Shown here one piece after another: positions 27,785 to 37,342 of a stretch of DNA of 64,000 nt. The translations under genes were made by a program, and so were the position numbers. The stretch comes from an uncultured Bacteroidales bacterium (GTDB lineage: Bacteria; Bacteroidota; Bacteroidia; Bacteroidales; UBA11471), in contig CANQDQ010000007.1 of assembly GCA_947593515.1 (NCBI GenBank), positions 14,484-78,483 of the forward strand, written 5' to 3'. The notes below the pieces were generated by a model. It saw only the letters and a program-made list of their open reading frames with translations, did no database searches and was not told the origin of the DNA. The first letter of the stretch is position 1. Every line of letters begins with the position of its first letter.

Positions 27785-28243
27785 ATGTCTGTCAATAAAG
27801 TAATTTTGGTAGGAAACGTGGGCAAAGACCCCGAAGTAAGGTATATCGACAACAATGTATGCGTAGCTAATTTTCCGCTGGCGACGACCGAACGCGGCTA
27901 CACCACACGCGCCGGCGTGCAAGTGCCCGAACGCACGGAGTGGCACAACATCGTACTGTGGCGGGGGCTTGCCGAAACAGCGGAAAAATATGTCCGCAAA
28001 GGGTCGCAGCTCTACATCGAAGGACGCATACGCACCCGCAACTACGAAGCCGACGGCGTAACCCGCTACATTACAGAAATCTACGCTGACAATATGCAGA
28101 TGCTCGGCAAAAGAGAACAGCAAGGCGATGCCGCTGCGCCGATAAACGCCGCTACGGGACAACCCGCTGCCGCTGCACCGGCTGCCGCTCCGACCGCTCC
28201 CGCCTTCACGGCAAACGACGCTTCGGACGATCTGCCGTTCTAA
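27785..28243 (+). CDS. ssb: single-stranded DNA-binding protein
   Basis: 152 aa from MSVNKVILVGNVGKDPEVRY (OB fold). Ala/Pro-rich linker and acidic tail DDLPF. Confidence 0.9.
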   Translation: MSVNKVILVGNVGKDPEVRYIDNNVCVANFPLATTERGYTTRAGVQVPERTEWHNIVLWRGLAETAEKYVRKGSQLYIEGRIRTRNYEADGVTRYITEIYADNMQMLGKREQQGDAAAPINAATGQPAAAAPAAAPTAPAFTANDASDDLPF

Positions 28244-28265
28244 TGTCTAACCAACTTTCCCCGAT

Positions 28266-29588
28266 TTGGACTCAGATAGTTTTTTATCCGGCTTTGCCGT
28301 AACATTCGGACAATTCGCCTTGACATGGGGCGACCTGCTCGCCCTGTTTTTCCTGCTCGTATGCCTCGCCGTATCGGCATTCGCAACAGCGGCAAAAGCA
28401 GCTTTTTTCTCGCTCTCGACCGCCGAGCTGGTGGAAATGGAGGAGAACGGCGATGCCAAAGACAGCCGCATCGCTTCGCTCCTATCGCAGCCCGATACCC
28501 TGAAAGCGACACTGCTCCTCATCGACAACATGGCAAACACGTGCGTCGCCGTGCTGGGCGTCGTGGTGGGGCTGCACCTGCTGCCCGACTGCTGCCCGCA
28601 GTGGCTTGCCACGCTGTGCCTGTTTCTCGTACTCACCTTGCTGATACTTCTTGTCGGTGAAATAGCGCCGGCAGCCTGCGCCTGCAAAAACGCCGCAAAG
28701 ACCGCCCGCAGAACCGCAGCAGCCGTCATGGCGGGCAAAAAACTTTTTTACGGCTTTTCCCAAGCGGCGGCACGTTCATTGACCGCGACCAATCACGACG
28801 AAGAGGAAAGCGCCGATACCGAAACCGCCGCATCGGAAACCGAACCGAGCGAAGTCGACGAAGAAAAGGAGTTGATGCGCGGCGTTCTGCGGCTCGGCGA
28901 CAAAACGGCGCAGGAGGTCATGACGGCGCGGGTCGATTTGACCGACGTCGATATCCACACCGACTTCCGCACCCTGTTCCGCCTCTTTCTCGACAGCGGC
29001 TATTCCCGCATACCCGTGTACGACGGTACGCCCGACAACATCAAGGGCATCATCTACGTCAAAGACCTGCTGCCCTACCTCTCGCGGAAAAGCGGCTTCG
29101 ACTGGACGAAGTTGGTGCGTCCGGCATACTTCGTGCCCGAAACGAAAACCATCGATGAGCTGTTGCGCGAGTTTCGCCGTCAAAAAATACACATGGCGGT
29201 CGTGGTCGACGAATTCGGCGGCACATCGGGCATCGTAACGCTCGAAGACGTGCTCGAAGAAATCGTGGGCGAAATCAGCGATGAATACGACGAAGAAGAA
29301 CCCCTCTACATCAGAGTGAACAACTCGCAATTCATCTTTCAGGGGAAAACCCCGCTGGAGGACTTTTTCGAGGCAGTGGAGGCGTCGCCGTCGGAATTTA
29401 AGATTGACGACGAAGTGGAAACGCTGGCGGGGCTTATCCTGTCTATAAAAGACGAATTTCCGAAGTCGAAAGAAAAATTTCGCTACGGACGCTTCGCGTT
29501 CCAGATTTTGAAAATCGACAAATACCGCATCGAGCGGGTGAAAGTTACGATAGAGGCGCCGGAAGCTACTGATGAAAAGAAAGCATAA
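28266..29588 (+). CDS. gldE: GldE-type CNNM/DUF21-CBS-CorC membrane protein
   Basis: 440 aa with N-terminal TM domain, CBS pair and CorC_HlyC-like end. TTG start as in the track. ssb-gldE-gldD synteny as recalled from Flavobacterium. Confidence 0.7.
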   Translation: MDSDSFLSGFAVTFGQFALTWGDLLALFFLLVCLAVSAFATAAKAAFFSLSTAELVEMEENGDAKDSRIASLLSQPDTLKATLLLIDNMANTCVAVLGVVVGLHLLPDCCPQWLATLCLFLVLTLLILLVGEIAPAACACKNAAKTARRTAAAVMAGKKLFYGFSQAAARSLTATNHDEEESADTETAASETEPSEVDEEKELMRGVLRLGDKTAQEVMTARVDLTDVDIHTDFRTLFRLFLDSGYSRIPVYDGTPDNIKGIIYVKDLLPYLSRKSGFDWTKLVRPAYFVPETKTIDELLREFRRQKIHMAVVVDEFGGTSGIVTLEDVLEEIVGEISDEYDEEEPLYIRVNNSQFIFQGKTPLEDFFEAVEASPSEFKIDDEVETLAGLILSIKDEFPKSKEKFRYGRFAFQILKIDKYRIERVKVTIEAPEATDEKKA

Positions 29589-30153
29589 TCATATCGTTTG
29601 GCTCTTGTGCCTGCTGCTTGCCGTGTCGGGCTGCGAACGCCGCAAAAGCGGGATTCCCCGCCCCGAAGGATTTTTCCGCATAGAGCGCAGCGACACGACC
29701 TACCGCATCGCCGAGCCGGCATTCCCGCTCTCTTTCGAGGTGCCCGCCTCGTCGCGCGACGTACAGCCGGACGGAAACCCCTCGTGGATAAATATCGTCT
29801 ATCCCGCCTATCGGGCGACGATATGGTGCAGCTACCTGCCACTCACACAGCAAAACAAAGAACGCCTGTTCCGCGAAAGCCGCGACCTCGTGTATCGGCA
29901 CGCGGCAAAGACAAGCGCCATTACGGCGCAAGGCTATGCCGACGAAGCCGCAGGCAAATATGCAGTACTCTACACGCTCGCAGGCGATGCCGCCACGCCG
30001 CTGCAATTCGTTGCGACCGACAGTGCGACCTACCTGTTTCGCGGGGCGCTCTATTTCGACACGCCGGTACGCACCGACTCGGTGGCGCCGGTCGTCGGGT
30101 ATATCGCCGACGATATGCGCCATATCATAGAAACCCTTCATACACGCCGCTGA
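29572..30153 (+). CDS. gldD: GldD-like lipoprotein
   Basis: 193 aa. Lipobox LLAVSGC followed by PRPEGFFRIE, as in GldD. Overlaps the gldE end by 17 nt. Confidence 0.6.
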   Translation: MKRKHNHIVWLLCLLLAVSGCERRKSGIPRPEGFFRIERSDTTYRIAEPAFPLSFEVPASSRDVQPDGNPSWINIVYPAYRATIWCSYLPLTQQNKERLFRESRDLVYRHAAKTSAITAQGYADEAAGKYAVLYTLAGDAATPLQFVATDSATYLFRGALYFDTPVRTDSVAPVVGYIADDMRHIIETLHTRR

Positions 30154-30791
30154 TGCCTTTTCATGCTGTTTCGACTTTCGGAAATGTGCGGGTCGCCCTG
30201 TGGCGCTCGGACGAAACGAGCGAAACGCTCCTGTCGCAAGCGGCTCACGCCCGTCGGGCGGAATACGAAGCCGCTATCGCCGGAATGGCGGAACACCGGC
30301 GGTGCGAACGGCTGGCAGTACGCCTGCTGCTGGAACGCTTGGGCATCGATGCCGCCATCGAATACCTGCCTTCGGGCAAACCCGTACTGCGCGGCGACAG
30401 CCGCTGCATCTCCATTTCGCACACGAAAGGGTGGGCTGCCGCAGCCATAGCCGACACCCCTGTCGGGCTTGACATAGAACGATGGAGCGATCGGGCATCG
30501 CGGGTGGTGCGCCGCTTCCTGAACGAAAAGGAGTTGCCGCTCCTGCAAGGCAGCGACCCCGACCGCACGGCAACGCTGCTGTGGTCGGCAAAAGAGTCGC
30601 TGTTCAAACTGCTGGACGCGCCGGCAGTCGACTTCGCCCGACACCTCTGCATCGAGCCGTTCCGATTTCTACCGGAGAGTGGCAGCGGTACATTCGCCGC
30701 CCGGGAATGCCGCACCCCGCAGCAGCGGGAATGCTGCGTAACCTATGCCGCTTACCCCGATTTCGTATTGACACTCGCCGCATTTTCCTAA
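30153..30791 (+). CDS. 4'-phosphopantetheinyl transferase (Sfp-type superfamily)
   Basis: 212 aa from MPFHAVSTFG. Motifs GKPVL, ISISHT, GLDIE and WSAKESLFK. ATGA overlap with the gldD stop. The 397-aa track ORF is an out-of-context extension. Confidence 0.75.
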   Translation: MPFHAVSTFGNVRVALWRSDETSETLLSQAAHARRAEYEAAIAGMAEHRRCERLAVRLLLERLGIDAAIEYLPSGKPVLRGDSRCISISHTKGWAAAAIADTPVGLDIERWSDRASRVVRRFLNEKELPLLQGSDPDRTATLLWSAKESLFKLLDAPAVDFARHLCIEPFRFLPESGSGTFAARECRTPQQRECCVTYAAYPDFVLTLAAFS

Positions 30792-30838
30792 CGATTTCTC
30801 CCGTCAGGTGTTATGAAAGAATAAGTTTTTTTCTAAAA

Positions 30839-31786
30839 ATGACACTCAAAGCAAAAGGTTCTTTATACGGCATCATCGCCGCCGTGAGCTACGGCACCAA
30901 CCCGCTGGGCGCACTTTATCTGTACAAAGCCGGACTGAATGTCGATTCGGTGCTTTTTTACCGCTATGCTCTGGCAGCCGTCATGCTGGGCATGATGATG
31001 CGAATCAAAAAAATTCCGTTCGGCATTTCATATCGGGAGCTGGGAATCATCGGCGGTCTGGGCGTCCTTTTCGCCACCTCGTCGATAACGCTTTTTTCGA
31101 GCTTCCATTATATGGACGCCGGCATCGCCTCGACGCTGCTTTTCGTCTATCCGATTATGGTCGCCGTCATCATGGCGATATTTTTCCACGAACGCATTAC
31201 CCTGTCCGCCGTTCTTTCCATAGCCCTTGCCCTGAGCGGCATCGCCCTGCTTTACAAAGGCGGCGACGGTGCCACGCTCAACGGCACGGGCGTACTGCTC
31301 GTCATGCTCTCCTCGCTCACCTACGCGCTCTACATCGTCATTGTCAATCGTTCGGGTATCGTTATGTCGTCGATAAAGCTCTCTTTCTTCGTACTGCTGT
31401 TTTGCATAGTGTCGATTATCGTCCACTCTACATTCTCCGAAAATTGCCGGCTGCAACCGCTCACAACGCCGTATATGTGGTTTTTCGCGCTGATACTCGC
31501 GCTTTTCCCCACCGTCATATCGCTGGTTACGATGACGCTTGCCGTGCACGCCATAGGCTCCACGCCCACCGCCGTACTCGGAGCCTTGGAGCCGGTTACC
31601 GCCGTCGCCATAGGCATCATGGTATTCGGTGAATCGTTCACCCTGCGGCTGGCTTGCGGCATCATGCTGATACTCGCCGCCGTGATACTCATCGTGGCAG
31701 GGAAGTCGCTGCGACCGGTACATCTGACCCATTTCATCGCCAAAACCATCTCTCTCCGCAGAAACCAACGGGAAAAAGAATGTTGA
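30839..31786 (+). CDS. EamA/DMT-family transporter
   Basis: 315 aa from MTLKAKGSLYGIIAAVSYG. About ten hydrophobic helices in two similar halves. Confidence 0.75.
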   Translation: MTLKAKGSLYGIIAAVSYGTNPLGALYLYKAGLNVDSVLFYRYALAAVMLGMMMRIKKIPFGISYRELGIIGGLGVLFATSSITLFSSFHYMDAGIASTLLFVYPIMVAVIMAIFFHERITLSAVLSIALALSGIALLYKGGDGATLNGTGVLLVMLSSLTYALYIVIVNRSGIVMSSIKLSFFVLLFCIVSIIVHSTFSENCRLQPLTTPYMWFFALILALFPTVISLVTMTLAVHAIGSTPTAVLGALEPVTAVAIGIMVFGESFTLRLACGIMLILAAVILIVAGKSLRPVHLTHFIAKTISLRRNQREKEC

Positions 31787-31848
31787 CCCGTGTCGCCGGT
31801 TGAAAAACTTATGCGGCGGAACGGCATACGAAAAACGGAAATATTTTA

Positions 31849-31856
31849 TACCTTTG
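31849..31856 (+). promoter_or_regulatory. -7 promoter box TACCTTTG for trpS
   Basis: Exact TAnnTTTG, 40 nt before ATG 31896. Confidence 0.45.
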
Positions 31857-31895
31857 CCATCGAATTTTGAATAAAAACATAACCTCGTATTTTCT

Positions 31896-32888
31896 ATGAG
31901 AGAAATCGTCGTAAGCGGTATCCGTTCTACCGGAAACCTGCACTTGGGCAATTACTACGGAGCGTTGCGCAATTTTGTGAAAATGCAGCACGAACACGAT
32001 TGTTATTTCTTCATCGCCGACCTGCACTCCCTGACCACGCACCCCGACCCCAAGATGCTCCACACGAATGTAAAAAGTATTCTTGCCGAATATCTGGCTG
32101 CCGGTCTCGACCCCGAAGCCTGCGCGCTCTTTGTCCAAAGCGACGTGCCCGAAGTGGCGGAACTCTACCTGCTGCTGAATATGCACGTGTACATCGGCGA
32201 ACTGGAACGCACCGTATCGTTCAAGGAGAAAGTGCGCAAACAGCCCGAAAACGTAAATGCCGGACTGCTCACCTACCCCTCGCTCATGGCTGCCGACATT
32301 CTGCTGCACCGCGCCACCAAAGTGCCGGTGGGCAAAGATCAGGAGCAGCACCTCGAAATGACGCGCCGCTTCGCCCGCCGCTTCAACACGATATACGGCA
32401 CGGAATTTTTCCCCGAACCCGCCAGCTACAACTTCGGCGCCGAGTCGATAAAAATTCCGGGTCTCGACGGCAGCGGCAAAATGGGCAAGTCGGAAGGGAA
32501 CTGCATCTACCTGCTCGACGACGAAAAAACGCTGCGTAAAAAAGTGATGCGCGCCGTTACCGACGAGGGTCCGAAAACGCCCAACGCTCCGAAATCGGAA
32601 CCGGTGGAAAACCTCTTTACCATCATGCGCATCGTTTCGGAACCGAACACCACCGCCTATTTCGAGGAGAAATACAACACGTGCGAAATACGCTACGGCG
32701 ATATGAAAAAACAGCTTGCCGACGATATTCTGAAAGTTACCCTCCCGATACGCGAGCGCATCTTGGAGATACAAAACAACGACGAATATATGCGCAAAGT
32801 AGTGGCACAGGGGGCGGAAAAAGCCCGCGAAAGCGCTGCCAAGACCCTGAAAGAAGTGAAAAAAATCATGGGCTTCCGCCCGTTTTGA
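31896..32888 (+). CDS. trpS: tryptophan--tRNA ligase
   Basis: 330 aa, class I. TGNLHLGNY (HIGH-like) and KMGKS (KMSKS). Confidence 0.9.
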   Translation: MREIVVSGIRSTGNLHLGNYYGALRNFVKMQHEHDCYFFIADLHSLTTHPDPKMLHTNVKSILAEYLAAGLDPEACALFVQSDVPEVAELYLLLNMHVYIGELERTVSFKEKVRKQPENVNAGLLTYPSLMAADILLHRATKVPVGKDQEQHLEMTRRFARRFNTIYGTEFFPEPASYNFGAESIKIPGLDGSGKMGKSEGNCIYLLDDEKTLRKKVMRAVTDEGPKTPNAPKSEPVENLFTIMRIVSEPNTTAYFEEKYNTCEIRYGDMKKQLADDILKVTLPIRERILEIQNNDEYMRKVVAQGAEKARESAAKTLKEVKKIMGFRPF

Positions 32889-32917
32889 TTTTTGCCGCAC
32901 CTTAAAAACAGACTGCC

Positions 32918-33859
32918 ATGCCGCACGAACAAGAACACGAACACCACGGGCACCACCACGCACACGCCATCGACACCGCCCACCTGAACAAGGCTTTCCT
33001 TTGGGGCATCGGGCTGAACGTGGCGTTTGTCGCTGCCGAAGCCGGTGCAGGATTTTGGTACGACTCGGTGGGGTTGCTCTCCGATGCCGGACACAATCTG
33101 AGCGACGTGATAAGTCTCGTGCTGGCGCTGCTGGCATTCCGCCTCTCCAAAATAAAACCGTCGGACGAATATACCTACGGATTCCGAAAAAGCACCGTCC
33201 TCGTGTCGCTGCTCAACGCCCTCATTCTGCTGGCGGCAGTGGGACTTATCATCGCCGAGAGTATTGAGAAACTGCGGTCGCCCCGCCCGCTGGAAGGCAG
33301 CGTCATCGCTTGGGTCGCCGGTATAGGAATCCTTATCAACGGCATTACCGCCTGCCTGTTTTTTACGGAAAGAAAACACGACCTCAACATCAGGGGGGCT
33401 TTCCTGCACATGGCTGCCGATACGTTGGTAAGCGTGGGCGTCGTCGTGTCGGGGCTTGTCATCGCCGGCACCGGCTGGTATGTCATCGACCCGATAATCG
33501 GATTGGGCATCGCCGTCATCATACTCTTCTCGACATGGGAGCTGCTGCGCGACAGCGTGCGCCTTTCGCTCGACGGCGTCCCTGCCGGCATCGACGCCCG
33601 CAAAATACAAAAGATTCTGCTCGACGACCCGCGTGTGGTATGCGTGCATCACCTCCATATATGGGCTATCAGCACCACGCAAAACGCTCTGACGGTGCAC
33701 CTCGTGGTAAAAAATTTCGACGAATCGGAGAAGCTAAAACACGACCTGCGCCACCGGCTGCAAGCCGAAAATATCCGCCACGCCACATTTGAATTAGAGT
33801 TGCCCGACGAACACTGCCCCGACAGCCATTGCGACACCTGCGGCGAGTGCGAAAATTAA
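32918..33859 (+). CDS. cation diffusion facilitator (CzcD/ZitB-like) transporter
   Basis: 313 aa. His-rich N-terminus MPHEQEHEHHGHHHAH, six TM helices, metal-site motifs SDAGHNLSD and HMAADT, and a Cys/His-rich tail. Confidence 0.85.
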   Translation: MPHEQEHEHHGHHHAHAIDTAHLNKAFLWGIGLNVAFVAAEAGAGFWYDSVGLLSDAGHNLSDVISLVLALLAFRLSKIKPSDEYTYGFRKSTVLVSLLNALILLAAVGLIIAESIEKLRSPRPLEGSVIAWVAGIGILINGITACLFFTERKHDLNIRGAFLHMAADTLVSVGVVVSGLVIAGTGWYVIDPIIGLGIAVIILFSTWELLRDSVRLSLDGVPAGIDARKIQKILLDDPRVVCVHHLHIWAISTTQNALTVHLVVKNFDESEKLKHDLRHRLQAENIRHATFELELPDEHCPDSHCDTCGECEN

Positions 33860-33898
33860 CTGCCATCAAACGCGGTATTGTATTTTCAACAAAAGATA

Positions 33899-35287
33899 TT
33901 ATTTCTCGATACCTTGCGTCATCTGCTCCATTTGGGCAATAGCATACAGCGGACAAATGCGAATATGTCGGACTTCGGAACAATCCTCTTTATCTACATA
34001 ATCGAACTTGCCGAAATTCTCCATCGAGCATCGAATGGCAAAATGCAGTTTCTTCTCCCGCATAAATAACCAAAGGCTTTTCATTCCGCCCTGCTTGTCC
34101 GCTTTCACTTCGATAGGCACGACTGTTTGTAAATAATTCGATATGTAATCTATTTCCGCTTGGGAATTTTTCTCATGCCTTACCCAATAGAACAAATCGT
34201 GTCGTATATTCGGACTCATATGATGCAGCATTTCAAGCCCTACGAGTAATTCCGCCATCGGACCTTTATTTGCCAAATCAGCCGCGCTTGCAGTTAAAAT
34301 TTGTTCCGTCAATTCCGATACATCGCCTAACGACATATTTAATAAGCGCAATAACAGACCCGTATCGAGCAACAGCATCTTCTGATACGACTTATCTTCT
34401 TCGCTGCCTAACGGCAATCCGTTGGCATCGGTATGGGTTACGGGGTGCAGGATTCCGGCAAGAACCAGCAATTCTACGGCTTTTTTGACTTCTGCGGTCT
34501 TATAATCCGAGCCGACCTTTGAATATACGAACTTCTTCGTGGCTTGAACCGCAGCACTGCGCAGGGTTTGACGCAGTAAAACCGGATCTGCATTTTTCTT
34601 GTATTTGGGGAAATCATCTTCGTATGTAACGACAATATCATCTTGCACTTCCTGACATCTTACATAATCGTGATACTCGACCCACGTCTTGACGGCTTCC
34701 GGCATTCCGCCCACCAGCATATAGGTGCGAAACAGCTCCACCAGTTTGTCATGCAGCGGTGCAGGCAGCGGATTATCTATCGAGGATTGGTTGCGGGCTT
34801 CGAGCAGCAGCTGCTGTCCATTCGCTTCGAGAAATTCATCAAAGGTCATCGGATACATGAACATGGAATGTATTCTTCCGACACCAAATGTGGGGAGTTC
34901 TTTCAATGCAAATTCAAGGAGAGAACCGGCAGCAATTATATGCAGGTCGGGCATCTCCTCTTTGAAAAAGCGCAAAGCCATTATAGCTTGGGGGCACTCC
35001 TGTATTTCATCAAAGAACAAAAGCGTCTTGCCCGGCTTAATCGAGGTCCCATACATGGCAGCTATTTGCGGAACGATACGCTTTACATCTAAATCATCTT
35101 TGAACAGCGCTTTGTATTTAGGCTGCTTTTCAAAGTTTATCTCAACAAACGTTTCAAATTTCTTGGATAGTTCTTGAACAGCCGTCGATTTTCCTACCTG
35201 CCTTGCTCCTCTAAGCAACAGGGGTTTGTGGGTATCTCTCGATGCCCATTCCCATAGATATTTGTCGATAAGTCTTTTACAATACAT
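33899..35287 (-). CDS. AAA+ ATPase with C-terminal DUF4143 / PD-(D/E)xK-like domain, copy 2
   Basis: 462 aa. Walker A GARQVGKS, Walker B LLFFDEIQ, C-terminal AEIDYIS...VPIEVKADK. A distant paralogue of 17342-18688. Confidence 0.8.
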   Translation of the reverse strand: MYCKRLIDKYLWEWASRDTHKPLLLRGARQVGKSTAVQELSKKFETFVEINFEKQPKYKALFKDDLDVKRIVPQIAAMYGTSIKPGKTLLFFDEIQECPQAIMALRFFKEEMPDLHIIAAGSLLEFALKELPTFGVGRIHSMFMYPMTFDEFLEANGQQLLLEARNQSSIDNPLPAPLHDKLVELFRTYMLVGGMPEAVKTWVEYHDYVRCQEVQDDIVVTYEDDFPKYKKNADPVLLRQTLRSAAVQATKKFVYSKVGSDYKTAEVKKAVELLVLAGILHPVTHTDANGLPLGSEEDKSYQKMLLLDTGLLLRLLNMSLGDVSELTEQILTASAADLANKGPMAELLVGLEMLHHMSPNIRHDLFYWVRHEKNSQAEIDYISNYLQTVVPIEVKADKQGGMKSLWLFMREKKLHFAIRCSMENFGKFDYVDKEDCSEVRHIRICPLYAIAQMEQMTQGIEK

Positions 35288-35310
35288 ACAAGCCGTTTTA
35301 TATCTGCCTG

Positions 35311-35318
35311 CAAAAATA
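35311..35318 (-). promoter_or_regulatory. -7 promoter box TATTTTTG for ATPase copy 2
   Basis: The reverse complement of caaaaata matches TAnnTTTG, 24 nt upstream of ATG 35287. Confidence 0.45.
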
Positions 35319-35331
35319 GGAAAACGAAATT

Positions 35332-35444
35332 ATCCAAACAAATAAATTGGCTGAAAATGAAAAAATCCAAAGAAATAAATTGCCGAAAATCGCAAAAATC
35401 CAAAGAAATAAATCACCAGAAAATGAAAAAATCCAAACAAATAA
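35332..35444. repeat. tandem repeat, 33-bp unit x 3 full copies + a 14-nt fourth start
   Basis: Units start at 35332, 35365, 35398 and 35431. They read atccaaacaaataaattggctgaaaatgaaaaa / atccaaagaaataaattgccgaaaatcgcaaaa / atccaaagaaataaatcaccagaaaatgaaaaa / atccaaacaaataa... Confidence 0.9.
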
Positions 35445-35557
35445 CGTCTGGAAGCGACCATGCGCAGGCAGAAAAAAGCACGGGGCAGCAAAATCGCTGC
35501 CCCGTGTGTTTCAAAGGACGGCCGTCGGAGTCGGCGGCTGTCCGGTATGCAAAAGCA

Positions 35558-37042
35558 TCAATATACCCACTCGAACTTATCGATCCACATTTCGTTATCG
35601 CCACCCGTGAAGTAGTCCCCGCGGTTGCTCGTTGCACAGGATATCACGAGCGAGAAGTTTCCGTCGGCTGGTTTCGCTGCGGTATCATACCAGTAGAAAG
35701 GTATCTCCACTGTGGTGAAATCCTCCTGATTTTCCGTGATTGCCAGCGAAGCAAAGCCCAGTATGGCACCCTCCTCGACAGACGTCATGGTGCAGGGGTC
35801 CCACGTACCTTCCGCTGCCCCCATACCTGCGGCAACGTTATGTTGTGCATTCCAGTCTACCACAGCAACATATATACGCATTGTGTCCGGACTGCCTATC
35901 AGCGGTCTCTCGGCACCGGAGGCGTACTTAATCTCACCGACCGTACCCTTGTAAATCACCCGCAAGGCTTTCGGACGAGCCGTCCAGACATACGGCTTAC
36001 CAAAATTCACACTGCCGGAGAAACCCGCAAATTGGAAGTCTCCCGTAAACAGGTTACCTGCGCCAAAAATACCCATAGTGGCTAAATCAGTATAGGGTTT
36101 CAGATGCGCCGCCACGTTTTCTTCCGATAAAGTATCCGGAATACACAAATTTGCCATAGGATTGTTCCCACAGCCCCAGAAACTCTCCCCTTCCTTGTTC
36201 GGAGAAGGCAAATTATTGTTCGTCGACCAGTCGGTCATATCCCCGTTGGGTATTGCATCGCCTGCATTACAAACCAACTTTGCCGGGTACTCCTTTTCGC
36301 CGACCAGCAAGTCATATGTCTTACCTGCAAACACACCGGTGCCTGCCTTAGCTTGATAGACTACATTGCCGTTCTTTGCCGGACTTGTCGTCGGTTTTTC
36401 CCACACAGGAGCTATCTTCCACGTTCCATCTCCCGATGCTTCGGCAGGAATCCATTCCTCGGTGCCCTGCTCGCGGTAGGAAACAGAAGTCACCGTACTC
36501 GGAATCGTTACCGTCGCACTGTTCGCCCAAAGATTCACGTCGGACACCGTCGGTGTCGTGTCTGCCACTCTGCGGAACACGCAGCTTTGCGTAAAGGACT
36601 GATCAGCATTGTCGGTTATCGTAACGGTGAACGTGTGGAGCCCTTCTTTGGTGGTCAGTCCGTTGATCAGCGGCACGAGAGCCGACAGATCGAGCGTGTA
36701 CGAAGTTTGGTCCACAGGGCTTTTACCGTCGACCCATATCAAACTCTCCACGATAGCCTTTATATCTTCTGCCGGATTGACAAGGTCTATTTGCGTGATA
36801 TGCATCATATTATTAAGGACATCGGACTCGACATCGACCACGAACGTCTTGATGCCTGTCGGCGCATCGATCGTAATCTTCACGTTCATATTGTCCGTAA
36901 TATCCATTTGTGCGAAATCGGGGTTCGCCTCCCACGTCATTGTGAGAGCGGGAAGTTTTGCGTTCTCGTTCTCATCATCACACCCTGTCATTGCCATTAT
37001 CAGGGCAAGACAGAGCCCACTAATTTTCCAAATCTTTTTCAT
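35558..37042 (-). CDS. surface lipoprotein with PCMD-like C-terminal domain
   Basis: 494 aa. Lipobox MAMTGCDD. The C-terminal ~220 aa (GNLFTGDFQFAGFSGSVNFGKPY..., ...SNRGDYFTGGDNEMWIDKFEWVY) resemble Bacteroidales PCMD-domain proteins. This is by recall only. Confidence 0.5.
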   Translation of the reverse strand: MKKIWKISGLCLALIMAMTGCDDENENAKLPALTMTWEANPDFAQMDITDNMNVKITIDAPTGIKTFVVDVESDVLNNMMHITQIDLVNPAEDIKAIVESLIWVDGKSPVDQTSYTLDLSALVPLINGLTTKEGLHTFTVTITDNADQSFTQSCVFRRVADTTPTVSDVNLWANSATVTIPSTVTSVSYREQGTEEWIPAEASGDGTWKIAPVWEKPTTSPAKNGNVVYQAKAGTGVFAGKTYDLLVGEKEYPAKLVCNAGDAIPNGDMTDWSTNNNLPSPNKEGESFWGCGNNPMANLCIPDTLSEENVAAHLKPYTDLATMGIFGAGNLFTGDFQFAGFSGSVNFGKPYVWTARPKALRVIYKGTVGEIKYASGAERPLIGSPDTMRIYVAVVDWNAQHNVAAGMGAAEGTWDPCTMTSVEEGAILGFASLAITENQEDFTTVEIPFYWYDTAAKPADGNFSLVISCATSNRGDYFTGGDNEMWIDKFEWVY

Positions 37043-37133
37043 TTCAAATAAAAATTTAGGGTTTTCTATTACGCCGCAAAGGTACGACTTTTTCTCATTC
37101 CAAACTAAAATTTATAGTTTTATTTTTGCATTG

Positions 37134-37141
37134 CAAAGATA
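37134..37141 (-). promoter_or_regulatory. -7 promoter box TATCTTTG upstream of the lipoprotein gene
   Basis: The reverse complement of caaagata matches TAnnTTTG, 92 nt upstream of ATG 37042. Confidence 0.35.
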
Positions 37142-37300
37142 TATAAATTTTAATATTCAACATAATCTTTGCGGTTTTCTTTTACGCGACAAGGCGGGTA
37201 AAAACTCCACCGTGTCGGCAGATAAAAAAACAAAAGCGGGACACGGGCGCCGTCGCTCCGAAAAGCATTCCGCGGCGGTCGACAGCGGGCTTTTTCCGGA

Positions 37301-37342
37301 TAAAACAAAAGCCGCTCCCTCTCGCACGAGGAAGCGGCTTTT
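37301..37342 (-). terminator. rho-independent terminator after rpoC
   Basis: The minus strand reads AAGCCGCTTCCTCGTGCGAGAGGGAGCGGCTT followed by TTGTTTTA. It lies about 25 nt downstream of the rpoC stop. Confidence 0.7.

Noticed and set aside
29598-30152. The upstream 185 residues of the 397-aa track ORF leading into the PPTase gene.
   Set aside because: This part is Arg/Pro-rich nonsense that overlaps gldD in another frame. The PPTase homology begins at MPFHAVSTFG (ATG 30153).
35357-36085. A 242-aa plus-strand ORF starting MKKSKEINCRKSQKSKEINHQKMKKSKQIT (a repetitive peptide).
   Set aside because: The repetitive N-terminus is simply the tandem DNA repeat read in frame. The remainder is antisense to the well-supported lipoprotein gene.
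37056-37199. Two similar ~30-nt segments (ttagggttttctattacgccgcaaagg / tttgcggttttcttttacgcgacaagg) as border repeats of the third pocket.
   Set aside because: Only a core of about 17 nt is shared, both copies lie on the same side of the pocket, and there is no partner near 33860-33900. They are too short and degenerate to interpret.
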